From Defluviitaleaceae bacterium (GTDB lineage Bacteria > Bacillota > Clostridia > Lachnospirales > WRAA01), in contig WRAW01000001.1 of the NCBI GenBank assembly GCA_009780015.1, forward strand, positions 14,012-78,011: a DNA stretch of 64,000 nucleotides, given 5' to 3'. Made by a program: the position numbers and the translations under genes. Under the pieces are notes generated by a model, which saw nothing but the letters and a program-made list of their open reading frames with translations, was not told the DNA's origin and did no database searches. Positions 8,931 through 18,742 of the stretch are shown piece by piece (the stretch's first letter is position 1; every line of letters starts with the position of its first letter).

Positions 8931-9323
8931 ATGATGAGCGAGTTTGATAACAATCAGCCCATATATCAGCAGATTGTCGAACAGATACGGCTGTCGATAG
9001 CCAAGGGCGAGCTTTCCCCCGGCGCGAAGGTGGCATCTGTGCGGGATATGGCTCTGCGGTTTAGGGTGAACCCCAACACCATGCAGAAATCGCTGGCAAA
9101 GCTCGAGGATATGGGATATCTGCATAGCGAACGCACCAGCGGGCGCTTTGTGACGGATGATCTGGCCCTGATAGAGACGCTTAAAGCCGAGATACCGTCG
9201 AAGATAACGGGGAAGTACGTGTCGGACATGACTGAGTTTGGCATAGCGGCAGGCGACATCCCAAATTTTGTAAGAACGTACATTGAAAGAGGAGGGCCGT
9301 ATGGACAACGTACTGGAAATTAA
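8931..9323 (+). CDS. GntR family transcriptional regulator, YtrA subfamily
   Basis: 130 aa. PIYQQIVEQIRLSIAKGELSPGAKVASVRDMALRFRVNPNTMQKSLAKLEDMGYL is a GntR winged HTH. The short C-terminus and the downstream ABC ATPase are typical of YtrA. Confidence 0.85.
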   Translation: MMSEFDNNQPIYQQIVEQIRLSIAKGELSPGAKVASVRDMALRFRVNPNTMQKSLAKLEDMGYLHSERTSGRFVTDDLALIETLKAEIPSKITGKYVSDMTEFGIAAGDIPNFVRTYIERGGPYGQRTGN

Positions 9324-10005
9324 GGAACTTAGCAAGAATTACGGCAAGACGCAGGCGCTTAAAGGGGTATCCTTCGACATACCTAAGGGGAAGATCGTAG
9401 GTGTGCTGGGGCCAAACGGCAGCGGCAAGACGACAATCATCAAGACCGTTATGGGACTTCTTTCCGATTACGGCGGAGATGTGCGCATTATGTCAGAAAC
9501 TCCAGGCTTCTTAGCCAACAGGCATATTTCATATCTCCCCGATGTGAGCCACATACCGACATGGCTTACGGTGAATCAGGCTATCGGCTTCTTTTCCGAC
9601 TTTTACCAGGATTTCGACACGGAAAAGGCGCGCGGAATGCTCGCCGATATGAAAATACCCACAGATAAGAAGCTGAAGACGCTGTCGAGAGGTATGCAGG
9701 AAAAGGTGCAGCTTTCGCTTGTGATGAGCCGCAAGGCCAAGCTCTACGTGCTGGATGAACCCATAGGCGCGGTCGATCCGGCTTCGCGCGAGTTCATAAT
9801 CGACACGATCCTGCGCAACTACAGCGAGGACAGCTCGATACTGCTCTCCACGCACATAATCGCCGACATCGAACCGATCTTGGACGTGGCGATATTTATC
9901 AAGGACGGCGAGATAGTCCTTCACGACGAAGTCGACAAAATACGGGAAGACAACGACAATTCGCTGGATCAGCTTTTCCGGGAGGTATTCAGAAATGTTC
10001 ATTAA
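9301..10005 (+). CDS. ABC transporter ATP-binding protein
   Basis: Walker A GPNGSGKTT, signature LSRGMQEKV, Walker B LYVLDEP. The ATG at 9301 is preceded by GAGGAGGG. Confidence 0.9.
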   Translation: MDNVLEIKELSKNYGKTQALKGVSFDIPKGKIVGVLGPNGSGKTTIIKTVMGLLSDYGGDVRIMSETPGFLANRHISYLPDVSHIPTWLTVNQAIGFFSDFYQDFDTEKARGMLADMKIPTDKKLKTLSRGMQEKVQLSLVMSRKAKLYVLDEPIGAVDPASREFIIDTILRNYSEDSSILLSTHIIADIEPILDVAIFIKDGEIVLHDEVDKIREDNDNSLDQLFREVFRNVH

Positions 10006-10819
10006 GCAGTTGAAGTACGACCTTCTGTTCGGCAGGAACACCTTCTTCACCATGGCCGCTATAGTGATCGGCTGGGGTATTATCATGGGAAATTTAGATA
10101 CGCTCCTCCAGGACGATCACTTTTTCATGGGAGCGATGTTTGCATTCGGCATGACAATAAGCATGACGGTGGTAGGGGTTCTTTCCATAATGCAGGTATT
10201 CCAGCTCTACCGCAAAAGCTTGTTTGGCGACAGCGGATACCTTACGCTTACGCTTCCGGTTACGCGTGGTAGCCTGCTCGCATCGAAGATCGCCGCTTCC
10301 ATGATATGGTACTTGTTTATGATCTTCGCCGGCTTTATCATGGTCGTTATCATGGTGCTGCAAATTGAAGGCGCGTTTATTGTCACCGATTCAAACAATT
10401 TCTTCGTCAACTTGCTGGCCTTCCTTTTGTATATAGTATTCATTGGGCTGTTTCTCATTTCGGTATTATTTTTCGCGACGACGCTGGCTCATTCCTCGTT
10501 TAGCAACAAGCGTGTACATAGCGTTGTCTCCGGCATAATCGGCTTTGTATATATCGCCGTATTTTTCAGGATTTATAACACGCTCAATCAGAGGTCGTGG
10601 GGTGAAACTCTTGTCGAAGGTGTGTCGTCCGGCGGTGATGTATGGTCGTTCACACGTATGGGCCCTCTCATAGGGATTCAGTACGGCAGGATACCTGTAG
10701 GCCCTGAGACTGACGCAGTATTCATAGACATATACGCCCACGCCCTTACATTGGCGTTTGCGGCGGCGGCTATAATTGCCACGCTGTATCTCTTGAAGAA
10801 GCGCATAGATCTGCGGTAA
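9995..10819 (+). CDS. membrane protein, probable permease partner of the ABC ATPase
   Basis: 274 aa, multi-TM. The start overlaps the ATPase stop. No specific family recognised. Confidence 0.6.
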   Translation: MFIKQLKYDLLFGRNTFFTMAAIVIGWGIIMGNLDTLLQDDHFFMGAMFAFGMTISMTVVGVLSIMQVFQLYRKSLFGDSGYLTLTLPVTRGSLLASKIAASMIWYLFMIFAGFIMVVIMVLQIEGAFIVTDSNNFFVNLLAFLLYIVFIGLFLISVLFFATTLAHSSFSNKRVHSVVSGIIGFVYIAVFFRIYNTLNQRSWGETLVEGVSSGGDVWSFTRMGPLIGIQYGRIPVGPETDAVFIDIYAHALTLAFAAAAIIATLYLLKKRIDLR

Positions 10820-10825
10820 TAGAAC

Positions 10826-10857
10826 ATGGCGTGAATCCGATTATGGGTTCACGCCAT
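10826..10857. terminator. bidirectional hairpin between convergent genes
   Basis: atggcgtgaa-tccgattatggg-ttcacgccat then tttc. It lies between the 10819 (+) and 10863 (-) gene ends. Confidence 0.65.
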
Positions 10858-10862
10858 TTCTG

Positions 10863-12956
10863 TTATACGGTGCTGTAGAAGAGCTGTGCATATGACGGAA
10901 GCGGCCAGTGCTTCTTGGCGACCAACGTTTCGAGCTCGTCTACGACCTGGCGCAGATCGGCCATTGCCGCCAGGACGCTGCCGCTGTAGAGCTTTGCGCG
11001 CTTGTGCATTTCCTTGGTTTTTTCGGCCTTGGCAAGCACTTTTTTGAGCACGGTCAGCTTTTCGAGCATGTCGGCGGAGTGTTTTGATATGTTTTCGAGC
11101 ATGTGCGACTCCAGCGCGGTTGTATACTTTGTACCGCACTCCTTCTTGCTTGTCATGAGGCGCGCGAGGTCATGCTGATAATCTACGCACGCCGGGATGA
11201 TCTCGCCCATTACGGTATCAACCATGGTCAGACCCTCGATATGTACCGTCTTGCAGTAGCCTTCGAACAATATCTCGTATCGGGAGTGAAGCTCGGCCTC
11301 ACTGAATACGCTGTGATTTGTGAAAAGTTCGATGCTTCCGGGCGCAAGCAGGGCCGGGAACGCGTCCACGCTGGTGCGCAGGTTGGACAGACCGCGCTTG
11401 GCCGCTTCGGCGACCCACTCGACAGAGTAGTTGTTTCCGTTGAAAATGATGCGCCTATGTGCGCTGATTGTTTTCTTAATGAGAGCCGCAAGGTCGGCCT
11501 GGAAGCTTTTTGAGCCTTCGAGCTCGTCGGCAAACTGGCGCAAGACCTCGGCCACGGCGGTGTTGAGCACGATGTTAGGGTCGGCGATCGAGAAAGTTGA
11601 GCCAAGCATACGAAACTCGAACTTGTTGCCGGTGAAGGCAAACGGGGAAGTTCGGTTGCGGTCGGTTGAATCCTTGGGGAAGTGGGGCAGGACTGTCGCG
11701 CCGATCTCCATCTGCAATTTTTCCTGGTGAGTGTAGTCGGCGCCGGACTCGAGGGCTTCCAGAATTGCCGTCAGCTCGTCGCCCAGAAACATTGAGATAA
11801 TGGCGGGCGGGGCCTCGTATCCGCCAAGGCGGTGGTCGTTGCCGGCGCTGGCCGTGGATACGCGCAGCAGGTCTTGATAATCGTCCACAGCCTTGATTAC
11901 GGCCACAAGGAACAGCAGGAACTGCGCGTTTTCGTGCGGCGTTTCGCCGGGTTCCAGCAGATTTGCGTCGTAGTCCGTGCTAAGCGCCCAATTGTTGTGC
12001 TTGCCGCTGCCGTTCACGTTGGCGAAGGGCTTTTCATGCAGCAGGCATACCAGGCCGTGGCGGGTCGCTATGCTTTTCATCAGTTCCATGGTTAACTGGT
12101 TGTGATCGGTGGCTATGTTGGCCGTGCTGAATATCAGGGCAAGCTCGCGCTGAGCGGGAGCCGTTTCGTTGTGCTTTGTCTTGGCGTATACGCCGAGCGT
12201 CCAGAGTTCTTCGTCCAGTTCGCGCATGAACGCGGAGACGCGGGGTGTCAGACTGCCGTAGTAATGGTCTTCCATCTCCTGGCCCTTGGGCGGGCGGGCG
12301 CCGAAGAGGGTCCGCCCGGTAAGTACCAGGTCGGGGCGCTTGAGGTACATGTCTCTGTCTACAAGGAAGTACTCCTGTTCGGGGCCTACCGTGGCAATTA
12401 CGCGCTTTGCGCGGGTGTTGCCGAAAAGACTGAGTATGCGCAGCGCCTGTGTATTTAGAGCCTGCATAGAGCGCAGAAGGGGCGTCTTTTTGTCCAGCGT
12501 CTCGCCGCTGTAGGAACAGAAGGCGGTTGGTATACACAGTGAACCATCCTTGATAAATGCGAAGGAGGTGGTATCCCAGACGGTGTAACCCCTGGCCTCG
12601 AAGGTGCATCGAAGTCCGCCGGACGGGAAGCTGGAGGCATCCGGTTCGCCGCGCACAAGCTCCTTGCCCGAAAATTCCATTATCACTTTTCCGCTGCCGA
12701 TATTTGAAATAAAGCTGTCGTGCTTCTCGGCGGTGACGCCGGTCATGGGCTGAAACCAGTGCGTATAGTGCGTAGCCCCTTTTTCTACCGCCCAATCCTT
12801 CATGGCGTTTGCCACCACGTTCGCAACGTCAAGCTCCAGATGCGCACCCTGCGACATTGTTTTCTTGAGCGCTTTGTAAATATCTTTCGGAAGGCGCGCC
12901 CGCATTACGTCGTCGTTAAATACCATGCTGCCGAACAGCTCGGGAATATTCTTCAT
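10863..12956 (-). CDS. glnN: glutamine synthetase, type III
   Basis: About 697 aa from the ATG at 12956 (AAGGAGG upstream). The N-terminus [33 protein letters not shown] and overall length match GSIII as I remember it. Confidence 0.85.
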   Translation of the reverse strand: MKNIPELFGSMVFNDDVMRARLPKDIYKALKKTMSQGAHLELDVANVVANAMKDWAVEKGATHYTHWFQPMTGVTAEKHDSFISNIGSGKVIMEFSGKELVRGEPDASSFPSGGLRCTFEARGYTVWDTTSFAFIKDGSLCIPTAFCSYSGETLDKKTPLLRSMQALNTQALRILSLFGNTRAKRVIATVGPEQEYFLVDRDMYLKRPDLVLTGRTLFGARPPKGQEMEDHYYGSLTPRVSAFMRELDEELWTLGVYAKTKHNETAPAQRELALIFSTANIATDHNQLTMELMKSIATRHGLVCLLHEKPFANVNGSGKHNNWALSTDYDANLLEPGETPHENAQFLLFLVAVIKAVDDYQDLLRVSTASAGNDHRLGGYEAPPAIISMFLGDELTAILEALESGADYTHQEKLQMEIGATVLPHFPKDSTDRNRTSPFAFTGNKFEFRMLGSTFSIADPNIVLNTAVAEVLRQFADELEGSKSFQADLAALIKKTISAHRRIIFNGNNYSVEWVAEAAKRGLSNLRTSVDAFPALLAPGSIELFTNHSVFSEAELHSRYEILFEGYCKTVHIEGLTMVDTVMGEIIPACVDYQHDLARLMTSKKECGTKYTTALESHMLENISKHSADMLEKLTVLKKVLAKAEKTKEMHKRAKLYSGSVLAAMADLRQVVDELETLVAKKHWPLPSYAQLFYSTV

Positions 12957-13077
12957 TGCCGGAACCTCCTTTACACGATGGATTATAATAGCATAGAGAG
13001 CCCGATTCGTCAATAGGCTTGACAATGAGCGGGTTATGTAGTACAGTCGTTCTGACTAACCAACAGGGGGTTATCAT

Positions 13078-14898
13078 ATGTGCGGAATTATCGGATACGT
13101 TGGAAGCGAAAACGCCCTTCCAATTATCGTCAAAGGGCTAAAGAAGCTTGAATACAGAGGATACGATTCGGCGGGAATCGCGCTATTCGGGGCGGCCGGG
13201 TTTGACGTCGTGAAGCAGAAGGGTACGCTTTCCGCGCTGGAGGAACGACTTGCGGGCTCGACCCTGTCAAGCTTCATGGGAATAGGCCACACACGCTGGG
13301 CGACCCACGGCGAACCGTCGGATATTAACTCGCACCCTCATGTCGGAAGCAAGGGACGGATCGCCGTCGTACACAACGGGATTATTGAGAACTACAGGCA
13401 GCTGCGGGAGCGCCTGACCAAGCGCGGCATTGACTTCGTGTCGCAGACCGACAGCGAGGTTATTCCGCAGCTTGCCGAATACTATTACGACGGCGACATG
13501 CTCGACACCGTGGTAAAGGTGACAAACGCCCTGGGCGGCTCGTACGCTCTCGGCTTTATGTGCGTTGACGAGCCCGGGACGCTGATTGCCGTCAAGAAGG
13601 ATAACCCGCTGATAATAGGGGTTTCGGAGCACGGCAACTTCATTGCTTCGGACGTTCCGGCAGTGCTTAGGCATACCAACAAGGTCTACTACCTAGACGA
13701 CGCCGAGATCGCCGTTCTGACAAAGGATGGCGTGCGCTTCTATAATCAGGACAAAGACCCAGTCACAAAGACGCCCGAAACGGTGACATGGAGCGTAGAC
13801 AGCGCGGAAAAGGGCGGCTGGCCGCACTTCATGCTGAAGGAAATAATGGAGCAGCCCAAGATAATGCGCGACACTATCCGCGCGGCCGCCGAGCAGGCAT
13901 ACTTGCCAAACCCCGGCGCAGCAGCCGGGGGGCTTGACGTCGCAAATTTCGACAAGCTGGTAATAACCGCTTGCGGCTCGGCCTATAACGCCGGAGTCGT
14001 GGCGAAGTACGTATTCGAGCGTCTGTGCCGAATACCGGTAGAGGTGGAGCTTGCCAGCGAGTTCCGTTACAAAGACCCCATCGTGGACGAGCGGACTCTG
14101 GTGATTCTGGTCAGTCAGTCCGGCGAAACCGCCGACACCATCGCGGCCATGCGCGAGGCCAAGTCCAAGGGCGCGGTCACGCTTTCCATCGTAAACGTAG
14201 TCGGCAGCACTATTTCCAAGGAAGCCGACCACTGCCTGATGACCCTGGCCGGCCCTGAGATTGCCGTGGCCACGACGAAGGCGTTTTCAGCGCAGCTTGT
14301 AGTGTTGTACACCCTGGCTGTCGGCTTTGCCGTCCGTCTTGGCAAGCTGACGCCCGAACAGGGGCAAGGGATGCTGGAAGAGATCGAGTCCCTGCCCGAA
14401 AAGACGGAAACTATCCTCGAGCAGGTGGACGCCATCCAGAAATACGCCTCCGAGTGCATCGTATACAAGAGTATATTCTTTATCGGCCGCAATATCGACT
14501 ACGCAATCGCAATGGAGGGTTCGCTCAAGCTCAAGGAGATTTCCTACATACATTCGGAAGCCTACGCAGGCGGTGAGCTAAAACACGGCACTATATCACT
14601 GGTCGAGGAAAACACGCTGGTCGTGGCGATAGGCGGCTGTGAACGGCTGCACGGCAAGATAATGAGCAATATCGAACAGGTTATAAGCCGCGGAGCGAAG
14701 GTGCTGTTCATAGGAAACAGCCGCGAGGACGATATGGGCGGTAAGCTTTCATTTGTAGCCATACCCAAGGTCAACGAGCTGTTTTCGCCATCGCTGTCGG
14801 TCATTGTTCTGCAGTTGTTCAGCTACTATGTGGCCGCCAACAAGGGGCTGGACATCGACAAACCGCGCAACTTGGCGAAAAGCGTTACGGTTGAATAG
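13078..14898 (+). CDS. glmS: glutamine--fructose-6-phosphate aminotransferase
   Basis: MCGIIGYVG N-terminal Cys, SIS domains, C-terminal DKPRNLAKSVTVE. Confidence 0.97.
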   Translation: MCGIIGYVGSENALPIIVKGLKKLEYRGYDSAGIALFGAAGFDVVKQKGTLSALEERLAGSTLSSFMGIGHTRWATHGEPSDINSHPHVGSKGRIAVVHNGIIENYRQLRERLTKRGIDFVSQTDSEVIPQLAEYYYDGDMLDTVVKVTNALGGSYALGFMCVDEPGTLIAVKKDNPLIIGVSEHGNFIASDVPAVLRHTNKVYYLDDAEIAVLTKDGVRFYNQDKDPVTKTPETVTWSVDSAEKGGWPHFMLKEIMEQPKIMRDTIRAAAEQAYLPNPGAAAGGLDVANFDKLVITACGSAYNAGVVAKYVFERLCRIPVEVELASEFRYKDPIVDERTLVILVSQSGETADTIAAMREAKSKGAVTLSIVNVVGSTISKEADHCLMTLAGPEIAVATTKAFSAQLVVLYTLAVGFAVRLGKLTPEQGQGMLEEIESLPEKTETILEQVDAIQKYASECIVYKSIFFIGRNIDYAIAMEGSLKLKEISYIHSEAYAGGELKHGTISLVEENTLVVAIGGCERLHGKIMSNIEQVISRGAKVLFIGNSREDDMGGKLSFVAIPKVNELFSPSLSVIVLQLFSYYVAANKGLDIDKPRNLAKSVTVE

Positions 14899-14909
14899 GA
14901 GGTATTGCA

Positions 14910-15635
14910 TTGCCGACGGAAAGCCTGTACTACAAAACCGTGCGCAAGGAGCTTGCGGCATGGGAGAAGCGGATGCTCAAAAACCCCGGAATCACAAACC
15001 GCGCGTCAAAGGCGCTGCAAAGCAAGGTACATAAGCTTGTTCCGCAAAGAGCTCAGGACTTGGTCACGGCGTCAGTCAGAACATTGGTCAAGAGCATTAT
15101 TTCCGGCTCGGGCATGATTGACAGGAGCGAACCGGACGACCGCCCCGCCCTTGCCGAAAGCGACTACCTTGCGGAGCGCGCTTTCGCCGCGTACCACAAG
15201 ACGGCGGTCGCGCAAGGGATCGGCTTCGGTCTTGGCGGCGTGCTGATAAACCTAGCGGACTTGCCCGCGCTGATGTCGGTGAAGGTCAAGTTCCTGTTCG
15301 ACTGCGCAAAGCTGTACGGTTACGATGTACGCGATGAGAGCGAGAGGCTGTTCATGCTGTATGTATTCCAGTTGGCCTTCTGCGGCGACGCGCGAAGACT
15401 TGAAATATTCCCGATAATAAAACAATGGGACGACCATGCCGCCGAAATGCCGCTGGATTGGGAAAAGTTGCAGATCGAATACCGCGACTACATGGATATC
15501 GCGAAGCTGCTGCAGCTATTGCCCGTAGTCGGCTCTGTGGCCGGCGGAACGGCCAACCACAATCTGATGAAGAAGCTACAAGCAACCGCCATGAACTGCT
15601 ATCGCCTGCGGTATATGGCGCGTATGGAGAAGTAA
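14910..15635 (+). CDS. EcsC family protein
   Basis: 241 aa with a TTG start after AGGAGG. GFGLGGVLINLADLPALMSVKVKFLFDCAKLYGYD is EcsC-like. Confidence 0.65.
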   Translation: MPTESLYYKTVRKELAAWEKRMLKNPGITNRASKALQSKVHKLVPQRAQDLVTASVRTLVKSIISGSGMIDRSEPDDRPALAESDYLAERAFAAYHKTAVAQGIGFGLGGVLINLADLPALMSVKVKFLFDCAKLYGYDVRDESERLFMLYVFQLAFCGDARRLEIFPIIKQWDDHAAEMPLDWEKLQIEYRDYMDIAKLLQLLPVVGSVAGGTANHNLMKKLQATAMNCYRLRYMARMEK

Positions 15636-15636
15636 T

Positions 15637-15912
15637 ATGACTACTCTGTCCGCAAGACTGACATTCTATATCCCCCACTCCGCATCGCTCAAGGACAAGC
15701 GGCAGGCCTGCCGCAGCCTTGTAGACAAAACGCGGCGTTTTAACGCGTCTATAGCGGAGGTCGGCACGCAGGACTCGCACACAACCCTGACCCTGGGAGT
15801 CGCCGTAGTGTCGGGCGAATCCGCCCACGCGCGCAATATGCTGGAGGAGATCATCAGGTACATGGAAGAACACGCCGACGCGGATCTGGTTGACGTGGAA
15901 GAGCCTGTATAG
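15637..15912 (+). CDS. DUF503 (YlxP-like) protein
   Basis: LTFYIPHSASLKDKRQACRSLVDKTRRFNASIAEVGTQDSH matches the DUF503 pattern. Confidence 0.7.
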   Translation: MTTLSARLTFYIPHSASLKDKRQACRSLVDKTRRFNASIAEVGTQDSHTTLTLGVAVVSGESAHARNMLEEIIRYMEEHADADLVDVEEPV

Positions 15913-15933
15913 CTCAGGAAAGTTGAGCAAGCT

Positions 15934-16512
15934 ATGAGCATTAAGGAACGGGCAAAACAACTTAAAACGGATATCCCAGCCGTATTTTTCGCCCTGAAGC
16001 AGCAAGAAACGCCGCTACTTGCAAAATTATTAGCAGTGGTTGTGGTAGCGTATGCTCTTTCGCCGATTGACTTAATTCCAAACTTTATTCCCGTACTGGG
16101 GCTGCTGGACGATGTTATAATTTTGCCATGGCTTGTCGCGATTATTGTAAAGATGATCCCGCCTGACGTCATGGCACGATGCCGGGAGGAAGCCGCCGGG
16201 CTGTGGGCTGAAGGAAAGCCCAAAAAGTGGTACTATGCCCTGCCGATAATCGTGATTTGGCTTTTAGAACCAGCGGTCAATAACGCTCAACGCCGTCTAG
16301 AAGGTCGAACTCCACCCCACGAAGCCAGAAGCGGGCTTCGTGGGGGCCCCGGTTTTCCGCCACTCGTCGTCAGCGGCTCCTTGCGTACCGCTATGGGTAC
16401 GCGGCGTCGCCGCTTCCTAGATTGGCGGAAAATCGCCCTTCTAGCCAGCATTTCGGTTATTGACCGCTGGTTCTTAATTACTTTTGTCACGGCAAGAGCA
16501 ATTTGGTGGTAA
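15934..16512 (+). CDS. DUF1232/YkvA-family membrane protein whose 3' end runs into repeat copy B
   Basis: AYALSPIDLIPNFIPVLGLLDDVIILP is the DUF1232 core. After ...PIIVIWLL the ORF continues for about 80 codons through the repeat (16268..16472) to a stop at 16512. Confidence 0.6.
   Translation: MSIKERAKQLKTDIPAVFFALKQQETPLLAKLLAVVVVAYALSPIDLIPNFIPVLGLLDDVIILPWLVAIIVKMIPPDVMARCREEAAGLWAEGKPKKWYYALPIIVIWLLEPAVNNAQRRLEGRTPPHEARSGLRGGPGFPPLVVSGSLRTAMGTRRRRFLDWRKIALLASISVIDRWFLITFVTARAIWW
16268..16472 (+). repeat. family-1 nested palindromic structured repeat, copy B
   Basis: There is a perfect 17-bp outer stem, aaccagcggtcaataac / gttattgaccgctggtt. Nested inside are ctagaagg/ccttctag, ggttttccgcca/tggcggaaaatc, agcggc/gccgct and gcgtacc/gggtacgc. 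A side hairpin is ccccacgaagcc/ggcttcgtgggg. Confidence 0.9.
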
Positions 16513-16534
16513 ACATAAATATGAGGAGATACAT

Positions 16535-18670
16535 ATGAATATTTTGCAAGCGCTGACCAAGGAATTCAATATCAAGGAACATTATTTACAGGCCCTGATA
16601 GACCTCATCGACGAAGGCAATACTATTCCGTTTATCGCGCGGTACAGGAAGGAAGCCACGGGATCGCTTGACGACCAAGTGATCCGCGAGGTGGTTGACA
16701 GACTGACGTATCTGCGCAGCCTGCATGAGAAGCGGGAACAGTACCGCAATCTAATCGCCGAAATGGGTAAGATGACCGACGAGATAAACGCTGCGCTGGA
16801 CGCCGCCGAGACGCTGGTGGCTCTGGAGGATATCTACAGGCCGTACCGCCCAAAACGTCGCACACGCGCGACCATTGCCAAGGAAAAGGGACTGGAGCCG
16901 CTGGCTCTGCTGATATTCGGCCAGGAATTGGACGCGCCGCCGGAAGCCATCGCCGAAGAGTACGTAAGTGAGGAAAAGGGTGTCGCCACAGTTGAGGAAG
17001 CCCTAGCCGGCGCCATGGACATAATCGCCGAGATAATATCCGACGACGCGGGATACCGGGCAATGGTCAGGAAGATTTTCAACGACAAGGGGATGCTCAT
17101 TTGCAGGGCCGTAGACTCGACGAAGGAATCTGTATACGAAATGTACTACGACTTCCAAGAACCTGTTAAGAAGTGCGCAGGGCACAGAGTCTTGGCCGTA
17201 AACCGGGGTGAAAAGGAAGACTTCCTGAAAGTGGACGTCGAAGTTCCTGTGGACGATGTGCTGTACTCTCTTGGTAAGGCCATAAACAAAAAAAAGCCGC
17301 GTACTGAGCGGATAATCGCCGATACAATCGAGGATTCGTATAAAAGACTCATCGCCCCGTCAATAGAGCGCGAGGTCAGAAACGCCATGACAGAAACCTC
17401 CGAGGAGGGCGCGATCAAGGTGTTCGCCGAAAACCTGCGCCAGCTTTTGCTGCAGGCTCCTATTAAGGACAGGGTAGTGCTGGCGCTTGATCCCGGCTAT
17501 AGAACAGGCTGCAAAGCCTGCGTAATCGACGGCATCGGCAATGTTCTGTATACAGGAGTCGTATATCCGACGCCGCCCGCCAACAAGACCGCCGAAACCA
17601 AGAAAACCCTGCTGCCGCAAATACGCAAGCACAATGTTAACGTCGTGGCTATCGGAAACGGCACGGCCTCACGCGAGACGGAGGCGTTCGTGGCCGAAAT
17701 GCTCAAGGAAATTGAGGCTGAGATATTCTACGTTATTGTAAACGAGGCCGGGGCGTCGGTTTATTCCGCGTCGAAATTGGGCGCGGACGAGTTCCCCGAC
17801 TTTGACGTGGCGCTTCGATCCGCCGTGTCCATAGGCCGGCGCCTCCAGGATCCGCTGGCCGAGCTGGTCAAGATAGACCCCAAAAGCATCGGCGTGGGCC
17901 AGTACCAGCACGACATGAACCAGAAGCGACTTGGCGAGACTTTGGGCGGCGTAGTGGAAGGCTGCGTCAACAGCGTTGGCGTAGACCTGAATACGGCGTC
18001 ACCGTCTCTGTTGTCCTACGTGGCGGGTATTTCGCCGGCGGTTTCCAAGAATATACTGAAGCACCGCGAAACGCACGGCAAGTTCGCTAACCGCCGCGAA
18101 CTGTTGTCCGTAAAGGGGCTTGGCCCAAAGGCGTACGAGCAGTGCGCGGGCTTCTTGCGCATAATGGACGGCGACAACCCCCTGGACGCCACCGGAGTAC
18201 ATCCCGAAAGCTACGGCCCCGCGGCAAAGCTTCTTGGTCATATGGGGTACACAAACGCCGACATACAGCGCCGTACCGTGGGAGACATTAAGTCCAAGCT
18301 GAACAGCCTGCCGCGCCTGGCCGAAGAATTCGGCGTCGGACTGCCCACTCTGGAAGACATCATTAAGGAACTGGAAAAACCGGGCCGCGACCCGCGCGAA
18401 GACATGCCCGCGCCGATACTGCGCTCCGACGTGCTCTCCATGGAAGACCTGCAAGAAGGCATGAAACTAAAAGGCGTCGTGCGTAACATCGTTGACTTCG
18501 GAGCCTTCATAGACATAGGCGTACACCAGGACGGTCTTGTGCACATATCACAAATGACCGGCAAGTTCATCAAGCACCCTCTGGAAGTGGTGAGCGTAGG
18601 CGATATCGTGGACGTAACCGTACTAAGCGTGGACACCAACAAGAAAAGGATCAGCCTGACGATGAAGTAA
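16535..18670 (+). CDS. tex: Tex-like transcription accessory protein (S1 RNA-binding domain)
   Basis: IPFIARYRKEATG, a YqgF-like middle region, HhH, and a C-terminal S1 domain (GVVRNIVDFGAFIDIGVHQDGLVHIS). The ATG at 16535 follows GAGGAG. Confidence 0.9.
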   Translation: MNILQALTKEFNIKEHYLQALIDLIDEGNTIPFIARYRKEATGSLDDQVIREVVDRLTYLRSLHEKREQYRNLIAEMGKMTDEINAALDAAETLVALEDIYRPYRPKRRTRATIAKEKGLEPLALLIFGQELDAPPEAIAEEYVSEEKGVATVEEALAGAMDIIAEIISDDAGYRAMVRKIFNDKGMLICRAVDSTKESVYEMYYDFQEPVKKCAGHRVLAVNRGEKEDFLKVDVEVPVDDVLYSLGKAINKKKPRTERIIADTIEDSYKRLIAPSIEREVRNAMTETSEEGAIKVFAENLRQLLLQAPIKDRVVLALDPGYRTGCKACVIDGIGNVLYTGVVYPTPPANKTAETKKTLLPQIRKHNVNVVAIGNGTASRETEAFVAEMLKEIEAEIFYVIVNEAGASVYSASKLGADEFPDFDVALRSAVSIGRRLQDPLAELVKIDPKSIGVGQYQHDMNQKRLGETLGGVVEGCVNSVGVDLNTASPSLLSYVAGISPAVSKNILKHRETHGKFANRRELLSVKGLGPKAYEQCAGFLRIMDGDNPLDATGVHPESYGPAAKLLGHMGYTNADIQRRTVGDIKSKLNSLPRLAEEFGVGLPTLEDIIKELEKPGRDPREDMPAPILRSDVLSMEDLQEGMKLKGVVRNIVDFGAFIDIGVHQDGLVHISQMTGKFIKHPLEVVSVGDIVDVTVLSVDTNKKRISLTMK

Positions 18671-18689
18671 GCCGATCCTTGTATATAGG

Positions 18690-18742
18690 ACAGCCCACTA
18701 CTATAGTTAATACACTTTAATAGGCGATGGGCTGTTCTTTTT
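18690..18742 (+). terminator. possible terminator after tex
   Basis: acagccca ... tgggctgt with a long loop, followed by tcttttta. The weak geometry lowers confidence. Confidence 0.4.

Noticed and set aside
12957-13077. glmS ribozyme upstream of glmS
   Set aside because: Only about 120 nt separate glnN and glmS, and most of that is promoter and RBS. There is no room for the ribozyme, which as I recall needs roughly 170 nt, and I see none of its core.
16296-16312. tRNA-like T-arm (aaggtcgaactccacc) inside repeat copy B
   Set aside because: No acceptor, D or anticodon arms can be drawn. The segment pairs within the repeat architecture instead, and it is variable in copies A and C.
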